A stretch of DNA of 64,000 bases, taken from Bacteroidia bacterium. Its GTDB lineage: Bacteria > Bacteroidota > Bacteroidia > M30B66. The stretch is from the NCBI GenBank assembly GCA_046302715.1, contig JBKCHQ010000106.1, positions 2,091-66,090 of the forward strand, read 5' to 3'. Below, one piece after another: positions 29,362 to 40,205 of the stretch (position 1 is the first letter of the stretch; each line of letters begins with the position of its first letter). Under the pieces are notes generated by a model. The model had not been told where the DNA came from, did not search any database, and saw nothing but the letters and a program-made list of their open reading frames with translations. The position numbers were made by a program, and so were the translations under genes.

Positions 29362-32300
29362 TTAAGCTTTTGAATTTTTTGCCGTATTGCGCACTTTAGT
29401 GAGGTAGTAAACTGACGGCTGCGTTCCTACTTCCTCTAGAAGTTGATATTTACGATCGTCGTTCCATGCTTTTCTTACCATTGATTTTTCATCATTAAAG
29501 TCGCCAAAAATGATAGCATTAGTAGGACACGATTGTTGACATGCAGTTTTAATACTGCCATCTTTCGGACGTTCACCTTTTTTCTTCGCCTGTAGTTTTC
29601 CAGCCTGTACACGCTGAACACACATAGAGCATTTTTCCATAACCCCACGACTGCGCACGGTAACATCAGGGTTGAGCACCATTTTGCCCATATCGTCGTA
29701 CATGTTGAAGTCAAACTGCTCGTTTTCGTTGTAGCGGAACCAATTAAATCGACGCACTTTATATGGACAGTTGTTTGCACAATAACGTGTACCAATGCAA
29801 CGGTTATACGTCATCTGGTTAAGTCCTTCGAGTGAGTGTGTAGTGGCCAATACTGGACAAACCGTTTCACAGGGAGCTTGATTACAGTGCTGACACATCA
29901 CTGGTTGGAATACTACCTCTAGTGTGTCACCCGTTGACGGTACTTCCATTTTAAGGAATTTGTCAATCGCACCAATACCCTCTTTTTCGGCCCGTTCTTC
30001 ATTCATGTCGCTGGTGTAATATCGATCTATGCGCATCCAGTGCATTTCACGACTGCGACGTACTTCGTCCTTGCCTACAACAGGCACATTATTTTCGGCG
30101 GTACAACTTACTACACATGATCCACACCCAATACACGAGTTAAGATCAATGGCCATATTCCAAAAATGGTTCTTATATTCGAAGTTATCCCACAAATCGA
30201 GCTCTTGAGGCGTTGCTTTGCCGTCCTTACCTACCTTCGAGGAGTTTGTAGCAAGTAGAATTTGTTCGTTACCTGCTTTTGAATTTTTCTTGTATTCTTC
30301 AAGTGTTGTTTCTTTTACAATGCTTCTACCCATCATGGTATGGTGGGTTTGCGTTGCAGCTATATGATATGTTCCTGTACTTCCTGAAACTGTTACTTTA
30401 GAAACAATATAGCTAAAGTTTCCATTAGCGGTTCCCACAAATTTAAAAGCGTTGCCTCCGATTCCGTTGGCAGTTTTACCTGCAGCTGTGCGTCCATATC
30501 CAACTGCTGCTGCTACTACACCTTTGGGTAGTCCTGGTTGCGCAACTACCGGAAGCGAAATTTTAGCTCCACCAGAAACTGAAATCTCTACAACATTGGA
30601 CAATTGCTCCTGACCCATCAAAACGTTGAAGCCTTTAGATGTCATTTCATCTGGGTTCATCAACAAGTAATTATCCCATGTTACGCGGGTAATTGGATCG
30701 GGTAATTCTTGCAGCCATGGATTATTGGCTTGAGATCCCCATCCCATTCCTGTTTTCTCATAAATGACCATTTCAACTCCACCGGTCTGTGCTGCAATTC
30801 CGGCTATGGCTTGAGCCGCAGTTGAAACATCCATTTTAGGAGTTGTTTCTGTAGGTTTTTCTTCGGATTTAACAGGCTCCTGCTTCACCAATTTAGACTC
30901 AACATTTTTCGTGTTTTCAGCTTCTTGGGACTTTGTTTCCGTTGCTTTTACCTTAGTAAGAGCTCCATCATGCAATGTTTTATTCCAAAATTCTGTAAAT
31001 CCGCCGACGTATGCGTCACCCACCGAAGGAAATAAATTAGTTTCCCAATACTTAGCTACGTAATCGTGAGCATTTGAGTTATTGCCTGACCATGTCAAAA
31101 ACGATTCTATGGTTTGGCGGGTATTCCCTAATGGATTAATCACAGGTTGACCCAATGAATAATGCCCTGTTCTAGGATTTGCATCAGACCAACTTTCTAA
31201 GTAATGATGCGATGCCGCTACATACTTGCACTGCTTGGCAGTTTCATCCAAAGTATCGCTGAGCGAAACAGATAAATCGATTTTGCCTATAAGTTTAGCA
31301 AGTTCTTCGCCATTTGGTAGAGAATACACAGGATTAGCTCCTACCACAAACAAGGCAGAAACTTTCTGAGCCTTAATTTCTTCGATAAGTGCGATAACTT
31401 CTTTATCGTTACCTTGACGTGTATTATCTTGAATGTCTTTATTTATGGTTGTACCATAAGATCCCAAGTGATTATTGATGGCATTTACTACCAGTTGAAT
31501 GTTGGGATCATTTATTCCACAAACAACAAGTGCTTTGTTTTTATGAGCAGCCAATTCTGATGCCACCTTAGCAACAGCCGAATCTTGTCCTGTTTTACCC
31601 GAAGAGTGACTTGATCCTGTTAATGCGTTTAGGAGCATTACGGCAGCAGTTCCTAGTTCTGATGGTTTTAAGGCAATGCGCTTATCGGCATTTGAACCGG
31701 TTAAAGTAAGTAGCGATTCAATCTGAATATGTCGCGACATATTAGGATTATCTTTACTTACCTTCCTTTTGGTCGCATATTGGCGAGCATATTCAACTGG
31801 TGATAACCAATTGGCTAAAAAGTCACAACCAATTCCAACAATATAATCAGCTTTATCAAAATTATAAGTTGGTATCATGGCTTTACCATGCGAAATAGCA
31901 TGTGCATCAGCAATGGCTCTTTGAGAAACCGCATCATAAGAAATGATTTTGGTGCCTGTATATTTAGTACTAAACTCAGTAAGTGCCGCATTCATAGAAG
32001 GGCTTATCTGAGTTGAAGTGAGGATGCGAATGGCTCCACCCGAAGCAGCAATAGACGTTAATTTACTCTTCACGTCGGCATCGATGGTTTTCCAATCGGT
32101 GTCTTTGCCTTCTTTCATTGGTTTACGCAAGCGTGCAGAATCGTATAACGACAATACAGAAGCCTGCATGCGAGCATTACTACCACCTTGTGTGATGGTG
32201 CACAATTCATTTCCATCTACTTTAATTGGGCGACCTTCGCGGGTTTTTACAACTAGTCCTGCGTAATCTTGCCCGTCCCAATAGGAAGTAGCATAATAAT

Positions 32301-32574
32301 TGGCTACTCCAGGAGTAATTTCCTCAGGTTTGTTAAGGTAAGGAATAGCTTTTCTAACAGGAGCTTCGCACGCTGCCAATGAAGCAGCTGTAACACTAAA
32401 GCCCAAAACTTTAAGAAAATCGCGTCGGTTGGTTTGAGTAGAAACCACCTGCTCGTCTCCTAAAAAGCGATCAACAGGAAGCTCTTCAGCAAACTCATTG
32501 TGCTTTTGGTTTAAAAACTCAGGCGTTTCCTTAAGTTCTTCTATTCCTTTCCAGTATTTTTTCGAATTGCTCAT
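29362..32574 (-). CDS. actB: alternative complex III subunit ActB (molybdopterin-like and 4Fe-4S iron-sulfur subunit)
   Basis: 1070 aa with a Tat signal (RRDFLKVLGFSVTAASLAAC) and ferredoxin-like cysteine clusters (CIGCGSCVVSC, CQHCNQAPCETVCP, CIGTRYCANNCP). Confidence 0.9.
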   Translation of the reverse strand: MSNSKKYWKGIEELKETPEFLNQKHNEFAEELPVDRFLGDEQVVSTQTNRRDFLKVLGFSVTAASLAACEAPVRKAIPYLNKPEEITPGVANYYATSYWDGQDYAGLVVKTREGRPIKVDGNELCTITQGGSNARMQASVLSLYDSARLRKPMKEGKDTDWKTIDADVKSKLTSIAASGGAIRILTSTQISPSMNAALTEFSTKYTGTKIISYDAVSQRAIADAHAISHGKAMIPTYNFDKADYIVGIGCDFLANWLSPVEYARQYATKRKVSKDNPNMSRHIQIESLLTLTGSNADKRIALKPSELGTAAVMLLNALTGSSHSSGKTGQDSAVAKVASELAAHKNKALVVCGINDPNIQLVVNAINNHLGSYGTTINKDIQDNTRQGNDKEVIALIEEIKAQKVSALFVVGANPVYSLPNGEELAKLIGKIDLSVSLSDTLDETAKQCKYVAASHHYLESWSDANPRTGHYSLGQPVINPLGNTRQTIESFLTWSGNNSNAHDYVAKYWETNLFPSVGDAYVGGFTEFWNKTLHDGALTKVKATETKSQEAENTKNVESKLVKQEPVKSEEKPTETTPKMDVSTAAQAIAGIAAQTGGVEMVIYEKTGMGWGSQANNPWLQELPDPITRVTWDNYLLMNPDEMTSKGFNVLMGQEQLSNVVEISVSGGAKISLPVVAQPGLPKGVVAAAVGYGRTAAGKTANGIGGNAFKFVGTANGNFSYIVSKVTVSGSTGTYHIAATQTHHTMMGRSIVKETTLEEYKKNSKAGNEQILLATNSSKVGKDGKATPQELDLWDNFEYKNHFWNMAIDLNSCIGCGSCVVSCTAENNVPVVGKDEVRRSREMHWMRIDRYYTSDMNEERAEKEGIGAIDKFLKMEVPSTGDTLEVVFQPVMCQHCNQAPCETVCPVLATTHSLEGLNQMTYNRCIGTRYCANNCPYKVRRFNWFRYNENEQFDFNMYDDMGKMVLNPDVTVRSRGVMEKCSMCVQRVQAGKLQAKKKGERPKDGSIKTACQQSCPTNAIIFGDFNDEKSMVRKAWNDDRKYQLLEEVGTQPSVYYLTKVRNTAKNSKA

Positions 32575-32607
32575 ACTCAGATGAAAGTACAGTTTGAATG
32601 ATTGGGA

Positions 32608-33867
32608 TTAGTAATGGCACTTAGAGCATTCCAATCCACCGATTGATCCAATGGTGAATTTGTCTCCTTTTTTGTATTTAGGATCGTTGACAAACTCCTT
32701 GTGAAGTTCTTCGTAGTATTTATTGTCTTTGAAATCCACTTCCGTTTTTCTGTGGCAGTCAATACACCAACCCATCGTGAGCGGCGCATGCTGCTTAACC
32801 ACTTCCATGGAGTCAATGGCTCCGTGACATTCGGTACATTCAATCTTACCAACAGCTACGTGCTGACTGTGGTTAAAATATGCATGATCAGGCAATGAAT
32901 GCACGCGAATCCATTGAATGGGCTTTTTATTATTGCCGTATTGCCGTGTTTCTGGGTTATAGTCTAGGGCTGCATATATTTTCGAAATCTCCTCCTTACC
33001 ATATTGAGGGCCTTCCTGTATATACATATGACAATTCATGCACACATTTGCTGAGGGAATATTGGCATGTTTCGATTTTTCAACACCGCTGTGGCAATAC
33101 ACACAAGCGATTTTATTATCTCCTGCATGTAATTTATGAGAGAATTTAATAGGTTGCTCTGGGGCATATCCTTGGTAAACGCCAATTCCCATCAATCCGT
33201 CCCACCCTTGTTTTAATACCCATACAACTACTAAAAGCCCTAATACAGCTACAATTTTTTTGTTATTAGCAGCCCAAACTTTAAAATTACCCCAATTGCC
33301 GTAATTCGGTTTTTCAATTGTTTCAATCCCTTTCTTCTCATTAACCAGCGCTTCAAGTGACTTCTTAACTGAATTAAGAACGGTAACGAGTATGAGCAAT
33401 ATAACTGCAACTACAATAAGAATAAGAGAATAATTAGTTCCAGAATCACCATTAGCCGCTCCCTTGTTAGCTCCATCTGCTTGCGCAGTAGTTGCAGCAG
33501 GGGCATCTCCACCTTTATCGGCCCAGTCAATAATGGCAATTATTTCAGCATCAGATAAGTTTTGCGCCGGCATCACCGATTTTCCATACTCCTCGAAAAG
33601 CTTATTAGCATAAGCATCGCCTGTTGAAAGATAGGCAACCGAGTTTTTTACCCAAGCGGTAAGCTTAGCGTTGTCAGACCAATTACCTCTGCCTCGAACC
33701 CCCTTCAAGCCAGGCCCGACTAGTTTTTGGTCGCTTGGTTTATGACAAGAGGCACAATTAGCTTTAAATAATTTAGCTGCATCCTGAGCTTGAATAACGT
33801 TAAGATGGAGCATGAAGCCCAACAATAGGGCGAATGACTTTATAGTCCTTGAGTTCAATTTTCGCAT
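32608..33867 (-). CDS. actA: alternative complex III subunit ActA (multi-heme cytochrome c)
   Basis: Six CxxCH motifs (CASCH, CVYCH, CMNCH, CTECH, CIDCH, CSKCH) and an N-terminal signal peptide. First gene of the operon. Confidence 0.85.
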   Translation of the reverse strand: MRKLNSRTIKSFALLLGFMLHLNVIQAQDAAKLFKANCASCHKPSDQKLVGPGLKGVRGRGNWSDNAKLTAWVKNSVAYLSTGDAYANKLFEEYGKSVMPAQNLSDAEIIAIIDWADKGGDAPAATTAQADGANKGAANGDSGTNYSLILIVVAVILLILVTVLNSVKKSLEALVNEKKGIETIEKPNYGNWGNFKVWAANNKKIVAVLGLLVVVWVLKQGWDGLMGIGVYQGYAPEQPIKFSHKLHAGDNKIACVYCHSGVEKSKHANIPSANVCMNCHMYIQEGPQYGKEEISKIYAALDYNPETRQYGNNKKPIQWIRVHSLPDHAYFNHSQHVAVGKIECTECHGAIDSMEVVKQHAPLTMGWCIDCHRKTEVDFKDNKYYEELHKEFVNDPKYKKGDKFTIGSIGGLECSKCHY

Positions 33868-34112
33868 AGAAAATGAGGCTTATATCAACCTAATTCACTT
33901 TTTTACGGCTGCAAATTTAATCTATGCCGACTTTATTTAAGTTTTTTTTTCATTTTAATTCTAATATAGAATCATTCTAAATAGTGTGTATATACTAGAT
34001 AGTCAGTGTTATAGGCATTGTTGTATTCCTTGACATTGTTTGAAAAAATTTCTTTTCGCTGATATTCAGTACAATAAAATTAACATTTCTTGGCATAGTG
34101 ACGTAGCGTATA

Positions 34113-34598
34113 ATGGCAAATACTAAATTTGCGCTGAAAATTATGTTCGTCAAACGCTACTCCATCTTACCTATAGCTTTTTTATGGCACTTTGCCATGC
34201 CTGTTGCTGCTCAACAACCCAATGTTAAGCCCGTATCGTCTAAAGAAACTACTAAAGGCGAGGTTAAGGTTATTATGGACACCAAAATTGCGTCTGCGAT
34301 TAGTCGCCTTCGAAAAGGAACTAAAACTACACGTGAAACGATAGATGGATATCGGGTACAGATTTTTAGTATGTCGGGAAACGATGCCCGCAATGAGGCG
34401 GAGCGTGTTAAAAAAGACTTCGACAAAAGGTTTCCCGATGTCCGATCAAATTTAACGTATCTGCAACCAAATTTTAAAATCCGATGCGGTGATTTTCGAA
34501 CCAAAGCTGAGGCAAAGGGTTTTATCAATGATATTTCCCGCTACTACCCCGGGGCTTACATTGTTCGCGATAAAATTAAGGTCATTACCCTCGACTGA
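34113..34598 (+). CDS. SPOR (peptidoglycan-binding) domain protein
   Basis: The C-terminal region GYRVQIFSMSGNDARNEAERVKKDFDKRFPD...IRCGDFRTKAEAKGF follows the SPOR-domain pattern. Alternative start at 34143 (MFVKR) gives a signal peptide. Confidence 0.6.
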   Translation: MANTKFALKIMFVKRYSILPIAFLWHFAMPVAAQQPNVKPVSSKETTKGEVKVIMDTKIASAISRLRKGTKTTRETIDGYRVQIFSMSGNDARNEAERVKKDFDKRFPDVRSNLTYLQPNFKIRCGDFRTKAEAKGFINDISRYYPGAYIVRDKIKVITLD

Positions 34599-37397
34599 TT
34601 AAAGTTTTCGTTTAATCTCAACAATATCGTAACCTTCGATAATGTCTCCAACTTTCAAATCATTAAAGTTGTTGATGTTTAAACCGCATTCATACCCGGT
34701 AGCCACTTCTTTGACATCGTCTTTGAAGCGCTTAAGCGAACCTAAATCGCCCGAATACACAACGATGCCGTCGCGAATCAACCTTATTTTTGTGTTACGG
34801 GTAATCTTGCCATCCAATACATAGCAGCCGGCCACAGTGCCTACTCGCGTAATCTTAAACACTTCACGTACTTCTACATTACAAACTACTTTCTCCTCAA
34901 ATTCAGGAGCAAGCATTCCCTCCATAGCCGCTTTCACCTCTTCAATTGCATTGTAAATGATGGAGTAAAAACGCATGTCAATCTCTTCGTTTTCTGCTAA
35001 TCTTCTGGCACTGGCCGATGGTCGAACTTGAAATCCAACAATAATGGCGTTTGAAGCAGAAGCCAATAGCACGTCGCTTTCCGTTACCTGTCCCACCGAT
35101 TTGTGAATGATGTTAACTTGAATCTTTTCGGTCGACAGCTTCAATAATGAGTCTGAAAGGGCTTCAACGGATCCGTCAACGTCGCCTTTAACGATTATGT
35201 TAAGCTCCTTAAAGTCGCCAATGGCAATACGGCGACCAATTTCGTCCAAAGTGATGTGTTTTTGAGTACGAATACCTTGCTCTCTTTGAAGTTGCTGGCG
35301 TTTATTAGCAATTTCACGAGCCTCACGTTCGTCGGCCATCACGTTAAATTTATCGCCAGATGAAGGTGCTCCACTCAAGCCAAGCATTTGTGCTGCTTGT
35401 GATGGACCTGCTTCACGAATGGGCGCACCACGTTCGTTAAATAAAGCTTTAACCCTTCCGCTATGAGGCCCCGCCAGTACAACATCGCCAACACGTAGCG
35501 TCCCGGCGGTAACGAGCACTGTACTCACATATCCACGTCCTTTGTCAAGCTCCGATTCGATTACACTTCCTGTTGCACGTTTGTTCGGATTGGCTTTTAG
35601 GTCGAGTATTTCTGCTTCCAATAAAACCTTTTCGAGCAGCATATCCACATTTTTACCTTGTTTGGCTGAAATTTCTTGCACTTGATATTTTCCGCCCCAA
35701 TCTTCAACCAAAATATTCATTGCAGCAAGCTGCTCGCGTATCTTATCAGGATTAGCTCCCGGTTTATCAATTTTGTTAATAGCAAAGACGATCGGAACTT
35801 GGGCAGCTTGAGCGTGATTAATAGCTTCTATCGTTTGAGGCATAACGCTGTCGTCGGCAGCTACCACAATAATGGCTACGTCAGTTACCTGTGCACCGCG
35901 TGCACGCATGGCAGTAAAGGCTTCGTGGCCCGGAGTATCAAGGAATGTAATTTTCTTTCCATTCTCCATGGTTACGTTGTAGGCTCCGATGTGCTGTGTA
36001 ATTCCCCCAGCTTCGCCGGCAATTACATTTGCCTTTCTAACATAGTCAAGCAAAGAGGTTTTTCCATGGTCAACATGCCCCATCACCGTTACAATTGGCG
36101 GACGTGCGATTAAATCGCCTTCATCTTCTTCATCGTCTTTAATGGCTTCCTGCACTTCAACACTCACAAATTCAACCTTATACCCAAACTCGTCAGCAAC
36201 AATGGTCAATGTTTCTGCATCTAGGCGCTGGTTGATGGACACAAATAATCCAAGCGACATACAGGTCGAAATAATTTCGTTTACCTGAACATTCATCATC
36301 TTAGCCAATTCATTCGCCGTTACGAACTCTGTTACTTTGATTACTTTATCAAGATTTTCCAGCTCAGCCTCTTCCTGTGCAGCCTTATAATCTTCTCGCT
36401 TCTGCTTACGGTATTTTGCCGATTTTGACTTTTGCTTGCCTTGACTCAAACGAGCCAGTGTTTCTTTAATTTGTTTTTGAACTTCTTCTTCGGTTAGCTG
36501 AACTTTTGGCTGCGCTCCAGGTCTATTATGTTGAGGCCGCTGTTTCTGTCCTTGATCCCCTCTTTGCTGAAAATTACCTGATGGCGAACTCACCGCTGCC
36601 GGATTGGCCTCGATGCGTTTTCTCTTTTTCTTGCCGTCACCACCTTGATTTTGAGGAGCAGAAGAAGAGGCAACAGGCTTTTTCTGAGGTGTGGGTTGAA
36701 GTTCAATTCGTCCCAGAATGGTTGGGCCTTCCAGTTTTTTACGTTCTAATCGGAACGGTTCATCATCAGGCTTAGGCTCACTTTCGACTACAGGCTCTGT
36801 AGGTGGTATTGGTTCAACAGGAATTGTATCTGCCGAAACTTCAGTGATATCAGGTATTTGGGGTGTTTCTTTTTTTTCTTCTTGGGTATCCTCTTTTTTA
36901 ACTTCCTCTTTCTTTTTCGATTTACCCTTGCCAATCGTAGATAAATCAATACTACCCAGTACTTTTACAGATGGCCCCTCAGGCGTTTCGGCTTTAAATA
37001 CTTCGGGCTCTTCTTTGGCTGCAACGGGTTCGGGCTCAGGTGCTGGAACTTCTGCTTTTTTTCTTTCGGGTTGCGGAGGCGCTAAATTTTTAACCAGAAC
37101 TTCAGGTTCAGGCTCTGCTTCAGGCTCCTCACTTTTTCCTGAATTCTGTCCCGCAATCTCGGCCGCAAGTCCTTCTCTTTTGAGTCTGTTTTGAAGTATC
37201 TTTTTTGATTCTTCCTTAACATCCTTCTCAGAACCATATGCCTTCATCAGTAGGGCATACATATCATCCGTAATTTTTGAATTACGGTTAATATCATCAA
37301 ACCCTTTGGATGTAAGGAAATCAATAACGGTTTGTACCCCAACGTTTAACTCGGTGGCAACTTTGCTTATTCTTTTTACTGCTGATGGTTCTGACAT
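34599..37397 (-). CDS. infB: translation initiation factor IF-2
   Basis: GTPase motifs [12 protein letters not shown] and DTPGH. A low-complexity Pro/Glu/Lys-rich N-terminal region precedes the G domain. 932 aa. Confidence 0.95.
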   Translation of the reverse strand: MSEPSAVKRISKVATELNVGVQTVIDFLTSKGFDDINRNSKITDDMYALLMKAYGSEKDVKEESKKILQNRLKREGLAAEIAGQNSGKSEEPEAEPEPEVLVKNLAPPQPERKKAEVPAPEPEPVAAKEEPEVFKAETPEGPSVKVLGSIDLSTIGKGKSKKKEEVKKEDTQEEKKETPQIPDITEVSADTIPVEPIPPTEPVVESEPKPDDEPFRLERKKLEGPTILGRIELQPTPQKKPVASSSAPQNQGGDGKKKRKRIEANPAAVSSPSGNFQQRGDQGQKQRPQHNRPGAQPKVQLTEEEVQKQIKETLARLSQGKQKSKSAKYRKQKREDYKAAQEEAELENLDKVIKVTEFVTANELAKMMNVQVNEIISTCMSLGLFVSINQRLDAETLTIVADEFGYKVEFVSVEVQEAIKDDEEDEGDLIARPPIVTVMGHVDHGKTSLLDYVRKANVIAGEAGGITQHIGAYNVTMENGKKITFLDTPGHEAFTAMRARGAQVTDVAIIVVAADDSVMPQTIEAINHAQAAQVPIVFAINKIDKPGANPDKIREQLAAMNILVEDWGGKYQVQEISAKQGKNVDMLLEKVLLEAEILDLKANPNKRATGSVIESELDKGRGYVSTVLVTAGTLRVGDVVLAGPHSGRVKALFNERGAPIREAGPSQAAQMLGLSGAPSSGDKFNVMADEREAREIANKRQQLQREQGIRTQKHITLDEIGRRIAIGDFKELNIIVKGDVDGSVEALSDSLLKLSTEKIQVNIIHKSVGQVTESDVLLASASNAIIVGFQVRPSASARRLAENEEIDMRFYSIIYNAIEEVKAAMEGMLAPEFEEKVVCNVEVREVFKITRVGTVAGCYVLDGKITRNTKIRLIRDGIVVYSGDLGSLKRFKDDVKEVATGYECGLNINNFNDLKVGDIIEGYDIVEIKRKL

Positions 37398-37430
37398 CCG
37401 AAAAAATTTATGAACGTTAATCCCTTTTCA

Positions 37431-38666
37431 TTATTCAAACTCTGCTTTAAGGATTTTCATTACCTCCTTAATGGTCTCTTCTTCTAAATCCGTGCGTTTA
37501 ACCAGATCATCAACGGGCAATTCCAAAACACTTTTAGCGGTGTCGCATCCAATGTTTTTTAATTCGTCGATAATCCAACCGTCAATTTCGTCTGCAAATT
37601 CATCCAGATCAACGTCTTCAGAATCAATCTCTGAATCACGGTAAACGTCAATTTCATACCCGGTAAGTTTACTGGCTAAGCGAATATTCAATCCGCCCTT
37701 ACCAATAGCAAGAGATACTTGATCGGGTTTGAGATATACTTCGGCTCTTTTAGATTCCTCGTCTAATTTGATTGAGGTGATTTTTGCCGGACTCAGTGCA
37801 CGGGTTATGTATAGTGTATTGTTATTGGTAAAGTTTATTACGTCAATGTTTTCATTTCGCAACTCACGCACAATACCGTGTATGCGCGATCCTTTCATAC
37901 CCACACAGGCACCCACAGGGTCGATGCGATCGTCGTAAGATTCAACGGCAACTTTTGCTCTAACGCCGGGTTCGCGAACAATGTTTTTAATGGTGATAAG
38001 GCCATCAAATACTTCGGGAACTTCTTGTTCGAAAAGTTTTTCCAAAAAGCTAGGAGCCGTTCTGGAAAGGATGATTTGCGGATTATTGTTACGCATTTCA
38101 ACCCGAAGTACTACAGCTCGGGTGCTTTCCCCTTTTTTATAGAAATCGCTTGGTATCTGTTCCGTTTTGGGGATGATGAGCTCATTACCATCTTCATCCA
38201 AAATGAGCACTTCTTTTTTCCACACCTGATATATTTCGCCGGTAACTATCTCTCCCATGCGATCTTTATATTTTCGGTACACCGAGTCTTTTTCGAGTTC
38301 GGTGATACGCGCCACTAAATTTTGACGGAAAGCTAAAACGGCCCGACGCCCAAAATCGTTTAGATGTACTTCTTCCGAAACCTCTTCGCCCACCTCAAAA
38401 TCAGGTTCAATACGCACGGCTTCTGCATAAGCAATTTGTTTGTTTTCGTCTTCTACCTCACCGTCGTTCACAATTTCGCGATTTCGCCAAACTTCAAGAT
38501 CGCCTTTATCAATATTAATAATAATGTCGAAATTCTCGTCGGATCCGTATTTCTTTATAATCATATTACGGAATACATCCTCCAGAATGCCCATCATGGT
38601 AGGCCTGTCAATGTTCTTGAATTCTTTAAATTCAGCAAACGATTCGATTAATGCCGCGTGTTCCAT
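37431..38666 (-). CDS. nusA: transcription termination/antitermination factor NusA
   Basis: S1 and KH domains, with a GLNIRLASKLTGYEIDV KH motif. 411 aa, immediately upstream of infB. Confidence 0.95.
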   Translation of the reverse strand: MEHAALIESFAEFKEFKNIDRPTMMGILEDVFRNMIIKKYGSDENFDIIINIDKGDLEVWRNREIVNDGEVEDENKQIAYAEAVRIEPDFEVGEEVSEEVHLNDFGRRAVLAFRQNLVARITELEKDSVYRKYKDRMGEIVTGEIYQVWKKEVLILDEDGNELIIPKTEQIPSDFYKKGESTRAVVLRVEMRNNNPQIILSRTAPSFLEKLFEQEVPEVFDGLITIKNIVREPGVRAKVAVESYDDRIDPVGACVGMKGSRIHGIVRELRNENIDVINFTNNNTLYITRALSPAKITSIKLDEESKRAEVYLKPDQVSLAIGKGGLNIRLASKLTGYEIDVYRDSEIDSEDVDLDEFADEIDGWIIDELKNIGCDTAKSVLELPVDDLVKRTDLEEETIKEVMKILKAEFE

Positions 38667-38680
38667 TATTCTCTTGTGTG

Positions 38681-39148
38681 TTAAATTTTTATTACCAATC
38701 GCGTTTCAGAGATCTCTTCCATTGAAAATTTAAGATGCTCGATTGCGTTGGCGGGTGATTTTATTGATTTTTTGTTTGATTTTTTAAATTTAGGTAAAAG
38801 CGTTACTTCCTGATCTGTAGCCGAGGTTAGTACTCCCGAATATTTCAGACCATTGGAAGTTTTAATCTCAACATCTTTACCCAAGTATTTTTGATATTGA
38901 CGCAGAACCTTAAAAGGCTGTTCGATACCGGGCGAACTTACTTCAAGTTCGAAATCTTCAGCTTCGCGATCGAGCGAGTGTTCAATTTTACGACTCAGTG
39001 CCACACAGTCGCCAATGGCAACGTGCTGATCGTTGCCAATATGAACTAGAATTTTATTCGCAGCACTAACTTTTACCTCAATTAGATAATTATCAGTGTC
39101 CCGAAGAAAATCTTCCGCCATTTTTTGTATTAACTGCTTGTTAATCAT
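38681..39148 (-). CDS. rimP: ribosome maturation factor RimP
   Basis: Conserved rimP-nusA-infB order. The ~155-aa product starting at MINKQLIQKMAEDFL matches RimP length. Confidence 0.8.
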   Translation of the reverse strand: MINKQLIQKMAEDFLRDTDNYLIEVKVSAANKILVHIGNDQHVAIGDCVALSRKIEHSLDREAEDFELEVSSPGIEQPFKVLRQYQKYLGKDVEIKTSNGLKYSGVLTSATDQEVTLLPKFKKSNKKSIKSPANAIEHLKFSMEEISETRLVIKI

Positions 39149-39369
39149 GTGTTCAATAAAAAAAGGGACCACGTCCCTCTTCCAAAACCGCGGCAAAGTT
39201 AATACAAATTTTTAACGAACAAACATAAATAATCTAGTGTTAATGTTGAAGGCGGTAAAAATTAACGATGAAATTCAAAAAATGTTAGTCCAACATTCAA
39301 TTCAAGTTTGTTTATATTTGCCTCCCTTAAAGAACGAAAATTCACAAAACTCAAAACCTCTATTTCCCC

Positions 39370-40185
39370 ATGAGCAACAATTCAAAATCAGCATCAAGTG
39401 GTCTGGGTAGCATTTTTGCTACTTCGGTAATTCTAATTTCAATCATCGTTTGTTGGATAGTGTTTAAATACATTATGGGCGATGCATCACACTTTGAAGG
39501 TGGGGATGCAGAACTTGGTCACCCCAAGCCCGGAGATATCCTCGGTATTGTTTACAAAGGTGGTTTTATTGTACCTATATTAATGTCGATAGTGCTTATT
39601 ATCATCGCTTTTTCGATTGAGCGTTTTATAACCATTCTTAAAGCTAAGGGGCGCGGTCGATTAAATGTGTTTATCCGCAACCTGCAGAACATGATCAACA
39701 ATAATCAGATTGAAACTGCTCTTGAAGAATGCGATAAACAAAAAGGTTCCTTGGCAAACGTAATGAAAGCAGGACTTCAACGTTATCGTATATTGCAAAA
39801 CGACAGCACCATGGATAAGGATCAGAAAGTGGTAGCTATGCAAAAAGAATTGGAAGAGGCAACGGCGCTCGAATTGCCAATGTTGTCCAAAAATTTAGTC
39901 ATCATCTCTACCTGTGCATCCATTGCAACTCTCGTTGGTCTTATTGGAACGGTATTGGGAATGATTAAAGCATTCTCGGCGCTCGCTCAGGCAGGCGCAC
40001 CTGATGCAGTTGCTCTGGCAAACGGTATTTCTGAGGCCTTGATCAACACTGCTTTGGGGATTACAGGTTCAACAGTGGCCATCATCATGTATAACTATTT
40101 CACCACGCAGATAGATGGTTTAACTTATAAAATTGACGAATCCGGTTTTTCGTTGGTACAAACATTTGCTTCACAATCAAAGTAA
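39370..40185 (+). CDS. exbB: MotA/TolQ/ExbB proton-channel family protein
   Basis: Three transmembrane helices and the conserved C-terminal GLIGTVLGMIKAF...IALANGISEALINTALGI segment. Confidence 0.85.
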   Translation: MSNNSKSASSGLGSIFATSVILISIIVCWIVFKYIMGDASHFEGGDAELGHPKPGDILGIVYKGGFIVPILMSIVLIIIAFSIERFITILKAKGRGRLNVFIRNLQNMINNNQIETALEECDKQKGSLANVMKAGLQRYRILQNDSTMDKDQKVVAMQKELEEATALELPMLSKNLVIISTCASIATLVGLIGTVLGMIKAFSALAQAGAPDAVALANGISEALINTALGITGSTVAIIMYNYFTTQIDGLTYKIDESGFSLVQTFASQSK

Positions 40186-40205
40186 GATAAACCAGATCTG
40201 AGGTT

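Noticed and set aside
32577-32852. 91-aa ORF overlapping the actA 3' end and the actA-actB junction
   Set aside because: It lies in an alternative frame of actA, has no signal or motif, and the space is fully accounted for by actA and actB.
34089-34131. Possible -33/-7 promoter (TTG ... TAAATTTG) for the SPOR gene
   Set aside because: The spacing between the TTG and the -7-like box is about 31 nt, far from the 17-23 nt expected. Only the -7-like element is convincing, so no promoter feature was called.
35676-37194. ORFs of 145 and 158 aa on the plus strand, opposite infB
   Set aside because: Both lie entirely inside the well-supported infB gene. The second is a Ser/Gly-rich low-complexity shadow of the Pro/Glu/Lys-rich IF-2 N-terminus, and neither has coding features.
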